Made by a program: the position numbers and the translations under genes
The notes under the pieces: model-generated
Databases searched by the model: none
Told to the model about the DNA's origin: nothing
The model's input: the letters and a program-made list of their open reading frames with translations, nothing else
Part shown: in pieces, positions 63,582 through 64,000 of the stretch
Position numbering within the stretch: the stretch's first letter is position 1
Layout: every line of letters starts with the position of its first letter
Source: Bilabrum cf. latius
Lineage: Eukaryota
DNA length: 64,000 nucleotides
Direction: 5' to 3'
Assembly: GCA_965178125.1 (NCBI GenBank)
Contig: OZ237745.1
Coordinates: 868,001 to 932,000 of the forward strand

Positions 63582-64000
63582 ATGGCTTCGGAATTGGAGT
63601 GTCCAATTTGCTGCGAGAGCTATGAAGATATAGCCTATCGGTGCAAATAGTGCAAATTCCTGGCTTGCGAGTCCTGCGTATTGCGCCGTTCCCAGACAAG
63701 CAATCACTGCATCGGCAACTGTTCATTACGGATTGTACCGAGACGCTGGAGGCAACACTACGATGTTGTCGAGGTCAAGCACATTGCATTGGATGACGGG
63801 AATTCAAACGTGTTGTCGCTGAAAATAGCAGAGCAAGGAGAGATTTTCGCAGAATACGAAGCAGAGTTGAAGAAAGCACAGGCTGAATAGAAAGGAAAGG
63901 ATAATCGGTCAGCTCTTCGTACATGCCAAGCATTCGTGCTTCGAGGCATGCACGCCGAGGCCATACGGCTGGGTCGGTTACATGGCATCCCACCAGCGAA
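63582..64000 (+). CDS. RING-type zinc-finger protein, 3'-partial
   Basis: MASELECPICCESYEDIAYRCK*CKFLACESC...HCIGNC. TAG at 63648 sits inside the CxxC and a second TAG is at 63888; the frame is open to the window end. Confidence 0.65.

Noticed and set aside
2-64000. UAR=Gln code (table 6), or a recoded phage/bacterial genome
   Set aside because: No internal TAA was found, and spliceosomal introns plus IMP4, TRAPP and RABL6-like genes indicate a eukaryotic nucleus.
2-64000. Transposase, reverse transcriptase or endogenous virophage genes
   Set aside because: No such motifs and no extended AT-rich insertion were recognised.

Overview
GC-rich, gene-dense nuclear DNA from a eukaryote, probably a flagellated protist. 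It has short GT-AG spliceosomal introns (84-190 nt), a ciliary inner-protein-like gene and many Ala/Gly/Ser low-complexity inserts. The style is reminiscent of bicosoecid stramenopiles, but the taxon cannot be established from this window. Main result: the supplied ORF track is fragmented because this genome appears to read UAG as glutamine while UGA and UAA remain stops. By hand I count about 87 in-frame TAG codons in 13 of 16 protein genes, and no internal TAA or TGA. TAG occupies Gln-conserved positions such as glycogen phosphorylase I*LNDTHP, PNPase FA*GVIP and CDL*REL, and a poly-Gln run. Read this way the window resolves into 16 CDS: glycogen phosphorylase, PNPase, IMP4, RABL6-like, TRAPPC4-like, TTL-family ligase, MUL1-like E3, FtsX-type permease, CFAP107-like, an RGS-AIFM2-like fusion, a ~3300-aa RCC1/IPT surface protein, a DUF2934-like protein, a RING protein and three poorly assignable proteins. 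It also holds an atypical tRNA(CAT) and a ~7.1-kb block of two adjacent satellite arrays. Family assignments come from motif recognition by eye, not database searches.
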